Assembly: GCA_963850905.1 (NCBI GenBank)
Contig: CAWKMU010000003.1
Span: 64,001 to 128,000 of the forward strand
Source of the DNA: an uncultured Gemmatimonadales bacterium
Lineage (GTDB): Bacteria > Gemmatimonadota > Gemmatimonadetes > Gemmatimonadales > Gemmatimonadaceae
DNA: 64,000 nt
Direction: 5' to 3'
Made by a program: the position numbers and the translations under genes. Shown piece by piece: positions 39,802-49,986 of the stretch; position 1 is the stretch's first letter; the number at the start of each line of letters is the position of its first letter. The notes under the pieces were generated by a model, which was given only the letters and a program-made list of their open reading frames with translations, was not told the DNA's origin and did not search any database.

Positions 39802-40745
39802 CGACCGTCATTGCCGTGCCACCGTCGCTGGACGACGTCACCTTCGAGCAGGTGCTCGAGCGTGTGGCGCCACTCGGCCCCGACGACAAGCTCCTCATCG
39901 ATGCCCGTCACGTCCGGTGGGCATCACCGTACGGACTGACGGCGCTGCTCACACTCGCGCAGACCCGCGAAGCACGCCCCGGCCTGACGCCGCCGGAGGC
40001 CGACGAGACCCTCTCGTACTGGACCCGGACCGGTTTCTTCCGCTACGCCGAGGAACTGTTCGAGATACACGGCACCGTGCCGCGTGCCCGCCTGAACTCC
40101 GAGTCCAATGTCCTGCTCGAGATCACGCCGGTCGCGAAGAGTGCCGACGTGCATGAGGTCGTTGATCGGATCCAGCAACGCGCCCAACAGATTCTCTCCC
40201 GAGAGCTCAACATCGACGCCCAAGCCTCTGTCAGATTTGTGATGACGTTGTCCGAAGTGTGTCAGAACGTCGTCGAGCATGCGGGGCGCGGCGGCTGGGT
40301 TGCGGTGCAGACGTACCGATGGCAGCGGCGCTTGGGTCGTCGCGTCGTGCAGATCGCCGTGTGCGACGCGGGCATCGGGTTTCGGCGATCCCTCGAGAGC
40401 ACGCCGGGGCGCGTGCTGACCGACCGCTGGGATGATGGAATGGCGCTCGAGGAAGCGGTCATCCGAGGCGTCAGTCGCTTCCGCGACCGCGGACGCGGAC
40501 AGGGCCTCGCCGGGGCGCGCAATTTCCTCGGCAAGTGGGAGGGCAAGTTGTCAGTGCGCAGCGGGACGGCGCGCATCACGATCGTACCGCAGTGGGACGA
40601 CGATGCCCCGCTGCTCGAGGGCCTTCCCCCGTTCCCCGGGTCGCAGGTCCAGATCACGATTCCGGAGCGCGCGGTCGACGCGCAAACGCAGGAAGCGGCC
40701 GACACGGCCAAGGCCGCGAGCCGCACGCGGAGGACGCCGTCGTGA
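39798..40745 (+). CDS. STAS-like + GHKL (HATPase) protein, anti-sigma-kinase-like
   Basis: N-terminal ID...WASP STAS-like region; SEVCQNVVEHA (N box), DAGIG (G1), GRGQGL (G2); no HisKA domain. Confidence 0.75.
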   Translation: MTTVIAVPPSLDDVTFEQVLERVAPLGPDDKLLIDARHVRWASPYGLTALLTLAQTREARPGLTPPEADETLSYWTRTGFFRYAEELFEIHGTVPRARLNSESNVLLEITPVAKSADVHEVVDRIQQRAQQILSRELNIDAQASVRFVMTLSEVCQNVVEHAGRGGWVAVQTYRWQRRLGRRVVQIAVCDAGIGFRRSLESTPGRVLTDRWDDGMALEEAVIRGVSRFRDRGRGQGLAGARNFLGKWEGKLSVRSGTARITIVPQWDDDAPLLEGLPPFPGSQVQITIPERAVDAQTQEAADTAKAASRTRRTPS

Positions 40746-41338
40746 TCCAGCACATCGACTTGAGCTCGGTCCTGCGACGATCGGTGTGCGATCTGTACTC
40801 CAACCTGGTGACACGCCCGACAGGCGCCGCGGTGCGGTCGGAGATCGAACAGCTCGTGGTGGGCACTCCAAGCCCATCGCTCACAGTCATCGATTTCTCC
40901 AACGTCGGCCTCCTCGACTACTCCTGCGCAGACGAAGTCGTCGCCAAGCTGCTCCTGCGGTTCGCACCCGGAGTCGCGCCGTGCGACGCCTACTTCCTCT
41001 TCCGCGGCATGCAAGAGTGGCATCTCAATGCCATCGAGGCGGCACTGGATCGCTACGACCTGGCGCTCGTGCTCGAGGCGGGAGATGGCACGGCAGTGTT
41101 GGTCGGCGCGATCGCCGACGAAGAACATCGGATTTGGGAAGCCGTGTACCAGTCCGGCGCGGCCGACGCGGCCGCGGTGGCGGCGTCGATCGGAGGGGAT
41201 GCGCCCACAGCAGAACAGGTGCTTCAGTCGCTCTCGGCGCGACGCCTGCTCATGTACCTCGACCAACAGTATTTCCCCCTGGCGTCACACCCGGCACCCT
41301 CGCGGGCGGTCTCCACGCCTGGCCACTGGAATGGGTGA
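40742..41338 (+). CDS. STAS-like (DUF4325-type) domain + C-terminal winged HTH
   Basis: L.TR..GAAVR, IDFSNVGLLDYSCADEV; C-terminal AAAVAASIG..A.QVLQSL..RRLL. Confidence 0.65.
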   Translation: MIQHIDLSSVLRRSVCDLYSNLVTRPTGAAVRSEIEQLVVGTPSPSLTVIDFSNVGLLDYSCADEVVAKLLLRFAPGVAPCDAYFLFRGMQEWHLNAIEAALDRYDLALVLEAGDGTAVLVGAIADEEHRIWEAVYQSGAADAAAVAASIGGDAPTAEQVLQSLSARRLLMYLDQQYFPLASHPAPSRAVSTPGHWNG

Positions 41339-41630
41339 GACGTACAGCCCGCCGCTCCAGGTTGTGGGCTTCGTCGCGACCCGCCGCGGCGACAAGGACC
41401 GGGGGCCGCAGGTTCGCATGCGGGCCGACGAAGCAGCCATTCGGCTCCTGGCCGACGGCGAGCTCGTGCGGATCGAGGGTCCGCGTCGTCAGGAGTTCGC
41501 GGTGCTCCGCGTCGACAACGAGTTGCCTCGGGGCGCGGTAGTCGTGCGTGACGTGGCGGGCGTCGCGCCGTCCGAAGTGGTACGGGTGCGTAAGGTCGAG
41601 ACCGAGCTGCCCCCACGGACCGTAGGCTGA
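41331..41630 (+). CDS. Stand-alone double-psi beta-barrel protein (molybdopterin-dinucleotide-binding/CDC48-N-like)
   Basis: VRMRADEA..RLLADGELVRIEGPR...VRVDNELPRGAV pattern. Confidence 0.6.
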   Translation: MGETYSPPLQVVGFVATRRGDKDRGPQVRMRADEAAIRLLADGELVRIEGPRRQEFAVLRVDNELPRGAVVVRDVAGVAPSEVVRVRKVETELPPRTVG

Positions 41631-41702
41631 CCCGCTCCAACCCGCGCACCGCTCACCGACTCCTCACCTCACGCCCAACTCCTTACCCCGGCTTCATCGA
41701 CT

Positions 41703-42872
41703 ATGCCCCGCCCGACCCGGCCGTTTGGCCTGTCGACGATCGCCGTTCATGGGGGGAACGAACACACAGACGCCTCGCCGACCGGAAACACCCCCGTCGT
41801 CACGCCGATCTACCAATCGGTCAACTACCAGCAGGAGTACGGGACCGGGGAAGGCCTCCGGTATCCGCGGTACGGGAATACACTCAACGCCGAGATCGTC
41901 CAGCGGCGACTCGCCCATCTCGAGGGCGCCGAAGCGGCGCTCGTCTTGTCGAGCGGGATGGCAGCGACGGCCTGTGCCCTCCTCGCGCTGCTGCGGCCCG
42001 GCGACCACCTCCTCGCGAGCGCCTGGATCTACGGCGGGACACACAAGCTCTTCGCCCAGGAGTTCACCAGCGTCGGGATCGAGGTCACCCTCGTCGACCC
42101 ACTCGAGACGCGGGCCTGGCGTAAGCAAGTCCGCCGCGAGACGCGGGCGATCTTCCTCGAGTCGCCGGTCAATCCAACGTGCCGCGTCCTCGATCTGCGA
42201 CCGGTCACACTGCTCACGAAGGATTCCGGGGTCGCACTTGTCGTCGATTCGACATTCGCCTCCCCGATCAATTTCCGCCCGCTCGAGCACGGCGCGGATG
42301 TCGTCATTCACTCGGCGACGAAATACCTGAGTGGCCACCACGACGTCCTGGCCGGCGCCGTCATGGGCACCGCCTCCTATATCGAGGAAGTGCGTCAGAA
42401 GATGATGGTGTGGGGCCAGGCACCCGACCCGTTCGGCTGCTGGCTCATCGAGCGGGGGCTCAAGACCCTCGACGTCCGGGTCCGGCGCCAAAACGAAACG
42501 GCCCAACAGATCGCCGAGTGGGGCGAGACGCGCAAGGAAATCCAGGCCGTGCACTATCCGGGACTGCCCAGTCACCCGGACCACGCCATCGCCGCCGAGC
42601 AACAATACGCCTTCGGCGGGATGCTCGCGATCGAGCTTGCGGGCGGCGGCAAGGCGGCGGACCGGTTCATCCGGCGTCTCACGATTTGGACGCATGCGCC
42701 TAGTCTGGGCGGCACCGAATCGCTCGTGTGCGAGCCACGCTACAACTCGCACGCCTCTCTCACCAGTGAGGAGCGTGCCGCGATTGGCATCCCGGACGGC
42801 TTCGTTCGCCTGAGCGTCGGTCTCGAGAACGCGGACGACCTCATCGCGGACCTGGAACAGGCGCTGCGATGA
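41703..42872 (+). CDS. Cys/Met metabolism PLP enzyme (cystathionine gamma-synthase/methionine gamma-lyase family)
   Basis: SSGMAA, ESPVNP, VDSTFASP, HSATKYLSGH, SLGGTESL, RLSVGLE. Confidence 0.93.
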   Translation: MPRPTRPFGLSTIAVHGGNEHTDASPTGNTPVVTPIYQSVNYQQEYGTGEGLRYPRYGNTLNAEIVQRRLAHLEGAEAALVLSSGMAATACALLALLRPGDHLLASAWIYGGTHKLFAQEFTSVGIEVTLVDPLETRAWRKQVRRETRAIFLESPVNPTCRVLDLRPVTLLTKDSGVALVVDSTFASPINFRPLEHGADVVIHSATKYLSGHHDVLAGAVMGTASYIEEVRQKMMVWGQAPDPFGCWLIERGLKTLDVRVRRQNETAQQIAEWGETRKEIQAVHYPGLPSHPDHAIAAEQQYAFGGMLAIELAGGGKAADRFIRRLTIWTHAPSLGGTESLVCEPRYNSHASLTSEERAAIGIPDGFVRLSVGLENADDLIADLEQALR

Positions 42873-43660
42873 TCCGGCTGGAAGACGTCTCGAAGGCGTA
42901 TGTGCGGACCGGTTTAGCTCTCGACAGGGTTGCCCTGCACATCGCCAAGGGAGAATTCGTGTTCTTGACCGGCCCGAGCGGATCCGGCAAGAGCACCTTG
43001 CTCAAGATGATCTTCATGGAGGAACGCCCTACCACTGGCGAGGTGCGAGTCAGCGGCGTGAATTCCGCGACCCTCAAGCGCGGCGACGTCGCGCGTCTCC
43101 GGCGCAAGCTGGGGGTCGTCTTTCAGGACTTCCGACTCCTCGACGACCGCACCGCGCATGCGAACGTCGCGTTCGCGCTCGAGGTCACCGGCGCTGCGCG
43201 GGCGTCGATCCCGGCCAAGGTGAGCCGATTGCTCACGCAGGTCGGACTGGCCTCCAAGGGACAGGCATTTCCGCGGGAGCTGTCGGGAGGCGAGCAACAG
43301 CGGGTGGCGATCGCCCGCGCGCTCGTCAACGATCCCTTTGTCCTCATCGCCGACGAACCGACCGGGAACCTCGACGACCGCGCGACTCGCGGCGTGTTTC
43401 AGTTGCTGCGCGAGATCAACGCAGCCGGCACAGCGGTGGTCATGGCGACCCACAACCTCGAGTTGATCCGCCGGACCGAGTATCGCACGCTCGAGATGTT
43501 GCATGGTCGCCTCGTCAAGGACAGCGCGGACCGCACCGTCGCGGAACGCGCGGCCGCGAGGCGCGCGGAGGACGAGGCCGCGGCCCGTGCCCCGCGCGAG
43601 AGGGCCGCACCGGAAGAAGCTCCCGATGACGAGCCCGGGCTCCGGATGACCGCCCCGTGA
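42869..43660 (+). CDS. ftsE: Cell division ATP-binding protein FtsE
   Basis: [34 protein letters not shown]; followed by ftsX. Confidence 0.93.
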   Translation: MIRLEDVSKAYVRTGLALDRVALHIAKGEFVFLTGPSGSGKSTLLKMIFMEERPTTGEVRVSGVNSATLKRGDVARLRRKLGVVFQDFRLLDDRTAHANVAFALEVTGAARASIPAKVSRLLTQVGLASKGQAFPRELSGGEQQRVAIARALVNDPFVLIADEPTGNLDDRATRGVFQLLREINAAGTAVVMATHNLELIRRTEYRTLEMLHGRLVKDSADRTVAERAAARRAEDEAAARAPRERAAPEEAPDDEPGLRMTAP

Positions 43661-44508
43661 AGCTCGCGCTGCGCGAGGTGCTCCTCGCGGTCCGTCGTGC
43701 ACCGCTGCTCAGCGTGTTGGGAGTCGTGACGATCGCCTTCTCGCTCTTCGCGTTTGGGCTTTTCGGCCTCGTCGCCATCAATATCCGAGACGCGCTGCGC
43801 CGCGTGGAAGAGCGGGTCGAGATCCGCGCCTTCATCGCCGATGCCACGCCGATCGAGGCCGTCGCCACCGCAATGGGCGATATCGGTGCGTTCCCAGAAG
43901 TCGCGCACGTGGACTACGTCTCACCCGACTCGGCGCTCGCGCGCGCCCGACGCGAGCTCGGTGAATTCGCGGATGTCTTCGAGGCAGGCGTGTTGCCCGG
44001 CTCGATCGAGATCCGGCTCAAGCCGGACTTTCGCGATCCCACGTCGGTCAAGGCCGTCGCCGGGCGCGTCGGCAGCTACTCATTTGTCGACGACGTGCGC
44101 TATGGCGAAGACTGGGTCACCAAGCTCTATCAGCTGCGCACCATCGCGACGGTCGTGGGACTCGTGCTCGGACTCGCGTTCGCGGCGGTCGCGATCATTA
44201 TCATCGGCACGACGATTCGCATGGCGGTGCTCGCGCGCGCGCGAGAGATCTCGATCATGCGACTGGTCGGTGCGACCGACGCGTTTGTCCGCCTCCCGTT
44301 CCTGATCGATGGCTTCGTCAAAGGCGTCTGCGGCGGAATCGCGGCCTTGATTCTCACCTGGCTTGCGAGCTCGCTGATCGACCGCGCGCTGGGGTTTCAG
44401 ACGGCCTTCTTCGCAACCGGCGTGGCGCTCCTTGGCGTCCTGTGCGGCGCGTTGATCGGTCTCGCCGGCAGCGCGCTGTCAGTTGGACGCCATCTGCGGC
44501 GTGTCTGA
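43657..44508 (+). CDS. ftsX: Cell division permease FtsX
   Basis: Four TM helices, R.REI.IMRLVGAT..FVRLPF. Confidence 0.93.
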   Translation: MKLALREVLLAVRRAPLLSVLGVVTIAFSLFAFGLFGLVAINIRDALRRVEERVEIRAFIADATPIEAVATAMGDIGAFPEVAHVDYVSPDSALARARRELGEFADVFEAGVLPGSIEIRLKPDFRDPTSVKAVAGRVGSYSFVDDVRYGEDWVTKLYQLRTIATVVGLVLGLAFAAVAIIIIGTTIRMAVLARAREISIMRLVGATDAFVRLPFLIDGFVKGVCGGIAALILTWLASSLIDRALGFQTAFFATGVALLGVLCGALIGLAGSALSVGRHLRRV

Positions 44509-45841
44509 GCCCGCGCCCCGTACGCGGCGCGGGCTGATACTGCTCGCGGTCGTCGCTGCAACGGGACTCGCCCCGTCGTGGCCCAGCTGGTTGGTTCGAG
44601 TCGCCACGTCGCTCGAGGCGCAGCAGCCCGCGACGACCGGCGGCGCCGCGCCGGCCTCACCCGCTCCTTCAGCTTCAACCCCCTCGCCCACCTCACCCGC
44701 GCCCGCCGCGACGGTGCCGACCGAGGCGAAGCTACGGTCCGATCGTGAGCAGCTCGACCGGATCCGCGCCGAGCGCGCGCAGCTCGAGCAGCGGATGGCG
44801 GATCTGCGGAGCAGCGTGCACGACCTCTCTGAAGAGCTCGACAATCTCGATCGCCAGGTGGACGCGACGGCCCGCGTCGTGCGTGCGCTCGATGAGCAGC
44901 TCGTGGGGATCACCGTTGAAGTGCGTGATGCGACGGGCCAGCTGGTGCGGGCCGAAGACGAGTTGGCGATCAAGCGGGCGATGCTGCGGCATCGCCTTGT
45001 GGACATCTACGAGCGCGGCCCGCTCTACACGACCGAGGCGCTCTTGACCGCCGAGTCGTTCGGGGCACTCGTCGCGCGCTACAAGTACCTCCATCTGCTC
45101 GCGCTGCGTGACCGGGCGTTGGTCGCCCGGGTCGAGCAGCTCCGCAATCAGGTCGGACAGCAGCGTCGGGTTCTTGTCGGGTTGCAAAACGACATCGAGG
45201 AGAATCGCACCGAAAAGACCCAGGAGGAGGACCGGCTGCGGTCACTGGTCGTCGAGCGAGAGCACAGCCTGGCGCAGGCCAAGCGCTCGCAGCAGGCCAC
45301 GGAGACCCGATTGGCGCAGATCGCGCTGGCGGAAAGCCGTCTCAGCACGGTGATCAATTCGATCGAGGAAGCCAGGCGCCGTGCGGCAAGCCGACCAAAT
45401 GCACCGACCGCGGCCGCCAGTACGCTCACGACTCGTGATCTCGGGAGTCTCGACTGGCCGGTCGACGGGACGATCCTGTACCGCTACGGTCGGGTTGTGA
45501 ACCCCAACAACACCACGACCCGCTGGAATGGGATCGGGATCGGCGCCCCGCTCGGTTCTCCAGTACGCGCCGTCGAGAGCGGTCTGGTGGTCGTCGCGGA
45601 GCCGATCGGCACCTATGGCCCGACCGTCATCGTGCAACATGGTGGCGGCGACTATTCGGTCTACGGCTCCTTGAGCCGCATCGATGTCCGCAAGGGCAGC
45701 CACGTTGACCGCGGGGATGTGCTGGGCGCAGTCGGACGCAGCGACCCCGACCTCCCCTCCCACCTGCACTTCGAGATCAGACGCGACCAGGGCCGCGCCG
45801 TCGATCCGCTCGAGTGGCTGCGCGGGGGTGTCTCGCGATGA
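44501..45841 (+). CDS. envC: Murein hydrolase activator EnvC (coiled coil + degenerate M23)
   Basis: Long coiled coil, L.WPV.G, WNGIGI (HxxxD missing), HLHFEIR. Confidence 0.88.
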   Translation: MSEPAPRTRRGLILLAVVAATGLAPSWPSWLVRVATSLEAQQPATTGGAAPASPAPSASTPSPTSPAPAATVPTEAKLRSDREQLDRIRAERAQLEQRMADLRSSVHDLSEELDNLDRQVDATARVVRALDEQLVGITVEVRDATGQLVRAEDELAIKRAMLRHRLVDIYERGPLYTTEALLTAESFGALVARYKYLHLLALRDRALVARVEQLRNQVGQQRRVLVGLQNDIEENRTEKTQEEDRLRSLVVEREHSLAQAKRSQQATETRLAQIALAESRLSTVINSIEEARRRAASRPNAPTAAASTLTTRDLGSLDWPVDGTILYRYGRVVNPNNTTTRWNGIGIGAPLGSPVRAVESGLVVVAEPIGTYGPTVIVQHGGGDYSVYGSLSRIDVRKGSHVDRGDVLGAVGRSDPDLPSHLHFEIRRDQGRAVDPLEWLRGGVSR

Positions 45842-46722
45842 GCGACGCCGACCTCGCGCCACTCGGCGCGCATGTGTCGAGCGCCGGTGGCGTCGCCTCC
45901 GCGCCTGAGCGGGCCCGTGCGATCGGAGCAACGGCGATGCAGCTCTTCACCAAGATGGCCAATCGCTGGGCCGAGCGTGCGTGCGAACCCGATGAGTGCC
46001 GCGCATTCCGAGCGGCGCTGGCGTCGACGGCCGTGCGTGTCACGGTCGCGCACGACAGCTATCTGATCAACCTGGCATCGCCGGATTTGACGCTCCGCCA
46101 GCGCTCCCTGGCCTCGTTCATCAGTGAATTGGAGCGAAGCGAGGCCCTGGAGCTCGATTTCATTGTGTCGCACCCCGGCAATTACATGGATGATCGCGCG
46201 AGCGGACTCGCGCGCAACGCCGAGGCCATCGCGATGGCACTGGACGCCGTGCCGGGCCGCGTCCGGGTCTTGCTCGAGACCAATGCCGGCGCGGGCACGG
46301 GGCTTGGCGCATCGTTCGAAGAGTTGTCGGCGCTCGTGGCGGCAGTCGGCGCGACCCATCAGCCCCGGATGGGGGTGTGCGTGGATACCTGCCACGTCTA
46401 TGCAGCGGGCTACGACCTGGTCAACGACTTCGATGGCGTCTGGCAGCGCTTCGACGATGCGATCGGCTTCGACCGGCTACACCTCATGCATCTCAACGAC
46501 TCGAAGTTCGGCTTGGGAACCCACCGCGATCGGCATGAGCTGATCGCCGAGGGTCAGCTCGGTGAGAGCGTCTTCCGGCGGGTGATGACCGACGAGCGCC
46601 TCGCCCACGTCGCCAAGGTCATCGAGACACCCAAGCTGGAAGACGCCACGGCGACGGATACGCGCATGCTCACCCGTCTCCGCGAGTACGCCGCGCCTTC
46701 ACTGTCCGCACCGAACCGGTGA
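45838..46722 (+). CDS. nfo: Endonuclease IV
   Basis: GAHVS.AGG, H.SYLINL, HPG, DTCH, HLNDSK, DRH, ETP. Confidence 0.95.
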   Translation: MSDADLAPLGAHVSSAGGVASAPERARAIGATAMQLFTKMANRWAERACEPDECRAFRAALASTAVRVTVAHDSYLINLASPDLTLRQRSLASFISELERSEALELDFIVSHPGNYMDDRASGLARNAEAIAMALDAVPGRVRVLLETNAGAGTGLGASFEELSALVAAVGATHQPRMGVCVDTCHVYAAGYDLVNDFDGVWQRFDDAIGFDRLHLMHLNDSKFGLGTHRDRHELIAEGQLGESVFRRVMTDERLAHVAKVIETPKLEDATATDTRMLTRLREYAAPSLSAPNR

Positions 46723-46730
46723 TTCGGCGC

Positions 46731-46754
46731 GTAGGGGCGATGCATGCGTCGCCC
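46731..46754 (+). repeat. REP family A
   Basis: GTAGGGGCGATGCATGCGTCGCCC. Confidence 0.75.
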
Positions 46755-46923
46755 TGGTGCACCGTCCGCACGGCGTTGATCGGTCGACATTAGGCGCGAA
46801 CCATGCGTCCGTCGGATGATCAGCGGTCGGGTTCGCCCGCGCGTAGGATAATATTCAAGCGTATTCCCGCGACTGGCCCGGCCAGTCTGGTGTCAAGTCA
46901 GTGTCCTAACTAGCCTTAACGAG

Positions 46924-48561
46924 ATGACGACCCATATCCGAGTGCCCGGCGAGCCGGGCGCAGGGCCAAGCGCACGTGAGCCGTTGCAGGGTCTGCAACG
47001 CCAGGGCGTCGAACCCCGCGGTGCAGTGCATTGGAATTTGCTCCCGCCCAGCCTCGTCGAAGCCGCCGTGCGGCGCGGCGAGGGGCACCTGGCCGAAATG
47101 GGGCCGTTTGTTGGAGTCACGTCCCCCCACACCGGCCGCTCACCAAAAGACAAGTTTTTCGTTCGCGCGGGCACGTCCGCTGCCGACGTCGAATGGGGAA
47201 CCGTGAACCAGCCGATCGACGCACAGCACTTCGCGGTGCTGCTGGGCGACGTGCAGGCGTACTTGGGTGCGGCACCTGACCTCTTCGTTCAGGATCTCTA
47301 TATCGGCGCGGATCCCGCGCATCGGCTCCGGGTGCGATACGTGACGCCGAACGCATGGCACGCGCTGTTTGTCCGGAACATGTTCATCCGCCCCGTTCCG
47401 AGTGACCTTCCCGGTTTCGAGGAGAATTTTGCGGTCCTGCACGCGCCCGAGTTCCAGGCCGACCCTGCCCGCCACGGCACTCGAAGCGGCACCTTCATCG
47501 TCGTCGACCTCGAGAAGCGGCTGATCCTCATTGGGGGAACGCGGTACGCGGGCGAGTTGAAGAAGTCGATGTTCACGGTGATGAACTATCTCATGCCCAA
47601 GGCGGGCGTGCTGTCGATGCACTGCTCCGCCAACGTGGGCCCAGGTGGCGACACCGCGCTCTTCTTCGGGCTCTCCGGCACTGGCAAGACGACGCTCTCT
47701 GCCGACCCCGAGCGCCATCTGATCGGCGATGATGAGCACGGCTGGTCCGACGAGGGCGTGTTCAATTTCGAGGGCGGATGCTACGCCAAGGTGATCAACC
47801 TATCGGCTGAGGGTGAACCCGACATCTATCGTACGACCAGGATGTTCGGGACCGTGCTGGAGAACGTCGTGCTCGATCCAGTGACTGGCGCGGTCCGGTA
47901 CGGGGACCTGTCGATCACGGAGAACACGCGAGCGTCGTATCCTCTGGACTACATCCCGAAGCACGTCGCCAGCGGGCGGGGGGGACATCCTCGCAACATC
48001 GTCCTCCTGACGGCCGACGCCTTTGGCGTGTTGCCACCCATCGCGCGTCTCACTCCCGAGCAGGCGATGTACTACTTCCTCTCGGGCTACACGGCCAAGG
48101 TGGCCGGCACGGAGCGCGGCGTGACGGAGCCCCAGGCGACGTTCAGCGCCTGCTTCGGCGCGGTGTTCCTCGTCTGGCCAGCTACGAAGTACGCCACGAT
48201 GCTGGGAGAGCGACTCTCGCGCCATGGCGCCAAAGTGTGGCTGGTCAACACCGGATGGACGGGCGGTCCCTACGGTGTCGGCAAGCGAATGCCGCTGAAC
48301 CACACGCGGACGATGGTGCGATCGATTCTCTCTGGCGCGCTCGATAATGCGGCAACGGCCGCGGACCCCATTTTCGGTCTCGCCGTCCCGACGCACGTCC
48401 CTGGCGTCAGCGACGCCGTGCTGCGCCCGAGAGAGGCGTGGAGTGACCCGGCCGCGTACGATCAGCAGGCCCGCAAGCTGGCCGGGATGTTCCGATCCAA
48501 CTTCGAGAAATTCGCCAAGACAGTCGACTCCCGGGTGGCGGCGGCTGGGCCGAAAGGCTGA
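46924..48561 (+). CDS. pckA: Phosphoenolpyruvate carboxykinase (ATP)
   Basis: TGRSPKDK, YAGELKK, GLSGTGKTT, LIGDDEHGW, ENTR. Confidence 0.97.
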   Translation: MTTHIRVPGEPGAGPSAREPLQGLQRQGVEPRGAVHWNLLPPSLVEAAVRRGEGHLAEMGPFVGVTSPHTGRSPKDKFFVRAGTSAADVEWGTVNQPIDAQHFAVLLGDVQAYLGAAPDLFVQDLYIGADPAHRLRVRYVTPNAWHALFVRNMFIRPVPSDLPGFEENFAVLHAPEFQADPARHGTRSGTFIVVDLEKRLILIGGTRYAGELKKSMFTVMNYLMPKAGVLSMHCSANVGPGGDTALFFGLSGTGKTTLSADPERHLIGDDEHGWSDEGVFNFEGGCYAKVINLSAEGEPDIYRTTRMFGTVLENVVLDPVTGAVRYGDLSITENTRASYPLDYIPKHVASGRGGHPRNIVLLTADAFGVLPPIARLTPEQAMYYFLSGYTAKVAGTERGVTEPQATFSACFGAVFLVWPATKYATMLGERLSRHGAKVWLVNTGWTGGPYGVGKRMPLNHTRTMVRSILSGALDNAATAADPIFGLAVPTHVPGVSDAVLRPREAWSDPAAYDQQARKLAGMFRSNFEKFAKTVDSRVAAAGPKG

Positions 48562-48600
48562 CGCGCCCAGGCGTATTCGGTTCCAACTCAGACTGACGAT

Positions 48601-49908
48601 ATGAATCCGTGGGCGGCGTCACGGCCGCCCACGGTTGCTGTTGCTATCTCGGAACCCGGAACCCGTCGGTTGCTATTCCCGTCCTTTGAGATCGTCCGCG
48701 ACCCGCTGTGGAACAACATCAGGGTCGACGCGTTCACCATGCGGCTGGTCGACTCGCGCGTGGTGCAGCGACTCAGGTACGTACGGCAGCTTGGGCTCGC
48801 GTACCTGGTGTATCCCGGCGCCACGCATTCGCGGTTCGAGCACGCGCTGGGTACGTACCACCTGGCTCGTCGCACGCTGGCACTGCTGGCCGAGCGCGAC
48901 AGTCGCGTGCTCCAGGGTGACGAGGCCGCGATCGCATGTGCGGCAGCGGTCCTGCATGACGTCGGGCACTACCCATTCTCCCACGCCCTCGAAGAGATCG
49001 GCGCACCCAACCACGAAGACGTGGCTGCACCGCTCGTCACTGACGGCGAAGTCGCGGCAATCCTGGCATCCGAGCTCGGACCCGCCGCGCCCGGACGGGT
49101 GCTCGACCTGATCCGCGGACGGAGCTCGAGCGCGCTACAGGGGCTGATTTCAGGCTCGCTCGACCTCGACAAGATCGAGTACCTCAAGCGCGACGCCCTG
49201 ATGTGTGGCGTGCCATACGGCGAGATCGATGTCGATCGCTTGACGCACTCGCTCGTCTTGGTCCCGGACCCCGATACCGGGGCACCGACCGTCGGCGTCG
49301 TGGAGAAAGGACTCGCGGCGCTGGAGTCGTTGCTGTTCGCCAAATATCAGATGTATCGCAACGTGTATTGGCATCACGCCGTACGCAGCGCGACCGCGAT
49401 GTACAAGCGGCTGGTAAGTGACGCGTTGGCCGCGGGCGTGCTCCGTGCCGACTCGATCGTGCGATTCACCGATGAAGGGTTGTTGGATCATCTGGCGCGG
49501 CACGCGCCGTCCGCCCTGCTCGACGCGCTCCGTTACCGGCAGCTGTACAAGCGCGCGTTCGAATGCCCGGCGGCCGAGCTGCCGGACGGTGCCGGCGAAT
49601 GGATCGCGACGGATTGGGTGCGGGCCTCTACCGTCGCCGACCAGTTGGCCCAACGCGTGGGATTGTCGCGCGGCGAGTTGCTGCTCGACTTTCCGGTCAA
49701 GACGCAGATGCTGGGCTTGGACCTCCCCGTTCAACGTCGTTCCGGCGTCGTTCAACGCCTGCGGGCGGAGGGGCTGAACGGCTCGATCAATCTCCCGTCG
49801 CTCTCCAACGCCCTCTATCAATCCGCACGGTGGCTGCGCGTCTTCACCGCTCGACGCACCGCAGTCCCCGCCGCCGATGTCATGGCTGTCGTGCGGTCGG
49901 CGGCGTGA
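48601..49908 (+). CDS. HD-domain phosphohydrolase (dNTP triphosphohydrolase/SAMHD1-like); start uncertain
   Basis: QRLR..RQLG, HSRFEH, LHDVGH.PFSH, DLDK..YL.RD, VYWH. Confidence 0.9.
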   Translation: MNPWAASRPPTVAVAISEPGTRRLLFPSFEIVRDPLWNNIRVDAFTMRLVDSRVVQRLRYVRQLGLAYLVYPGATHSRFEHALGTYHLARRTLALLAERDSRVLQGDEAAIACAAAVLHDVGHYPFSHALEEIGAPNHEDVAAPLVTDGEVAAILASELGPAAPGRVLDLIRGRSSSALQGLISGSLDLDKIEYLKRDALMCGVPYGEIDVDRLTHSLVLVPDPDTGAPTVGVVEKGLAALESLLFAKYQMYRNVYWHHAVRSATAMYKRLVSDALAAGVLRADSIVRFTDEGLLDHLARHAPSALLDALRYRQLYKRAFECPAAELPDGAGEWIATDWVRASTVADQLAQRVGLSRGELLLDFPVKTQMLGLDLPVQRRSGVVQRLRAEGLNGSINLPSLSNALYQSARWLRVFTARRTAVPAADVMAVVRSAA

Positions 49909-49933
49909 CGTCACGATGCCTGTGGTCCGGCGG

Positions 49934-49957
49934 GTAGGGGCGACGCATGCGTCGCCC
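49934..49957 (+). repeat. REP family A
   Basis: GTAGGGGCGACGCATGCGTCGCCC. Confidence 0.85.
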
Positions 49958-49986
49958 GCCGTTGTCCGCGCGTTCGGGCTCACCCA

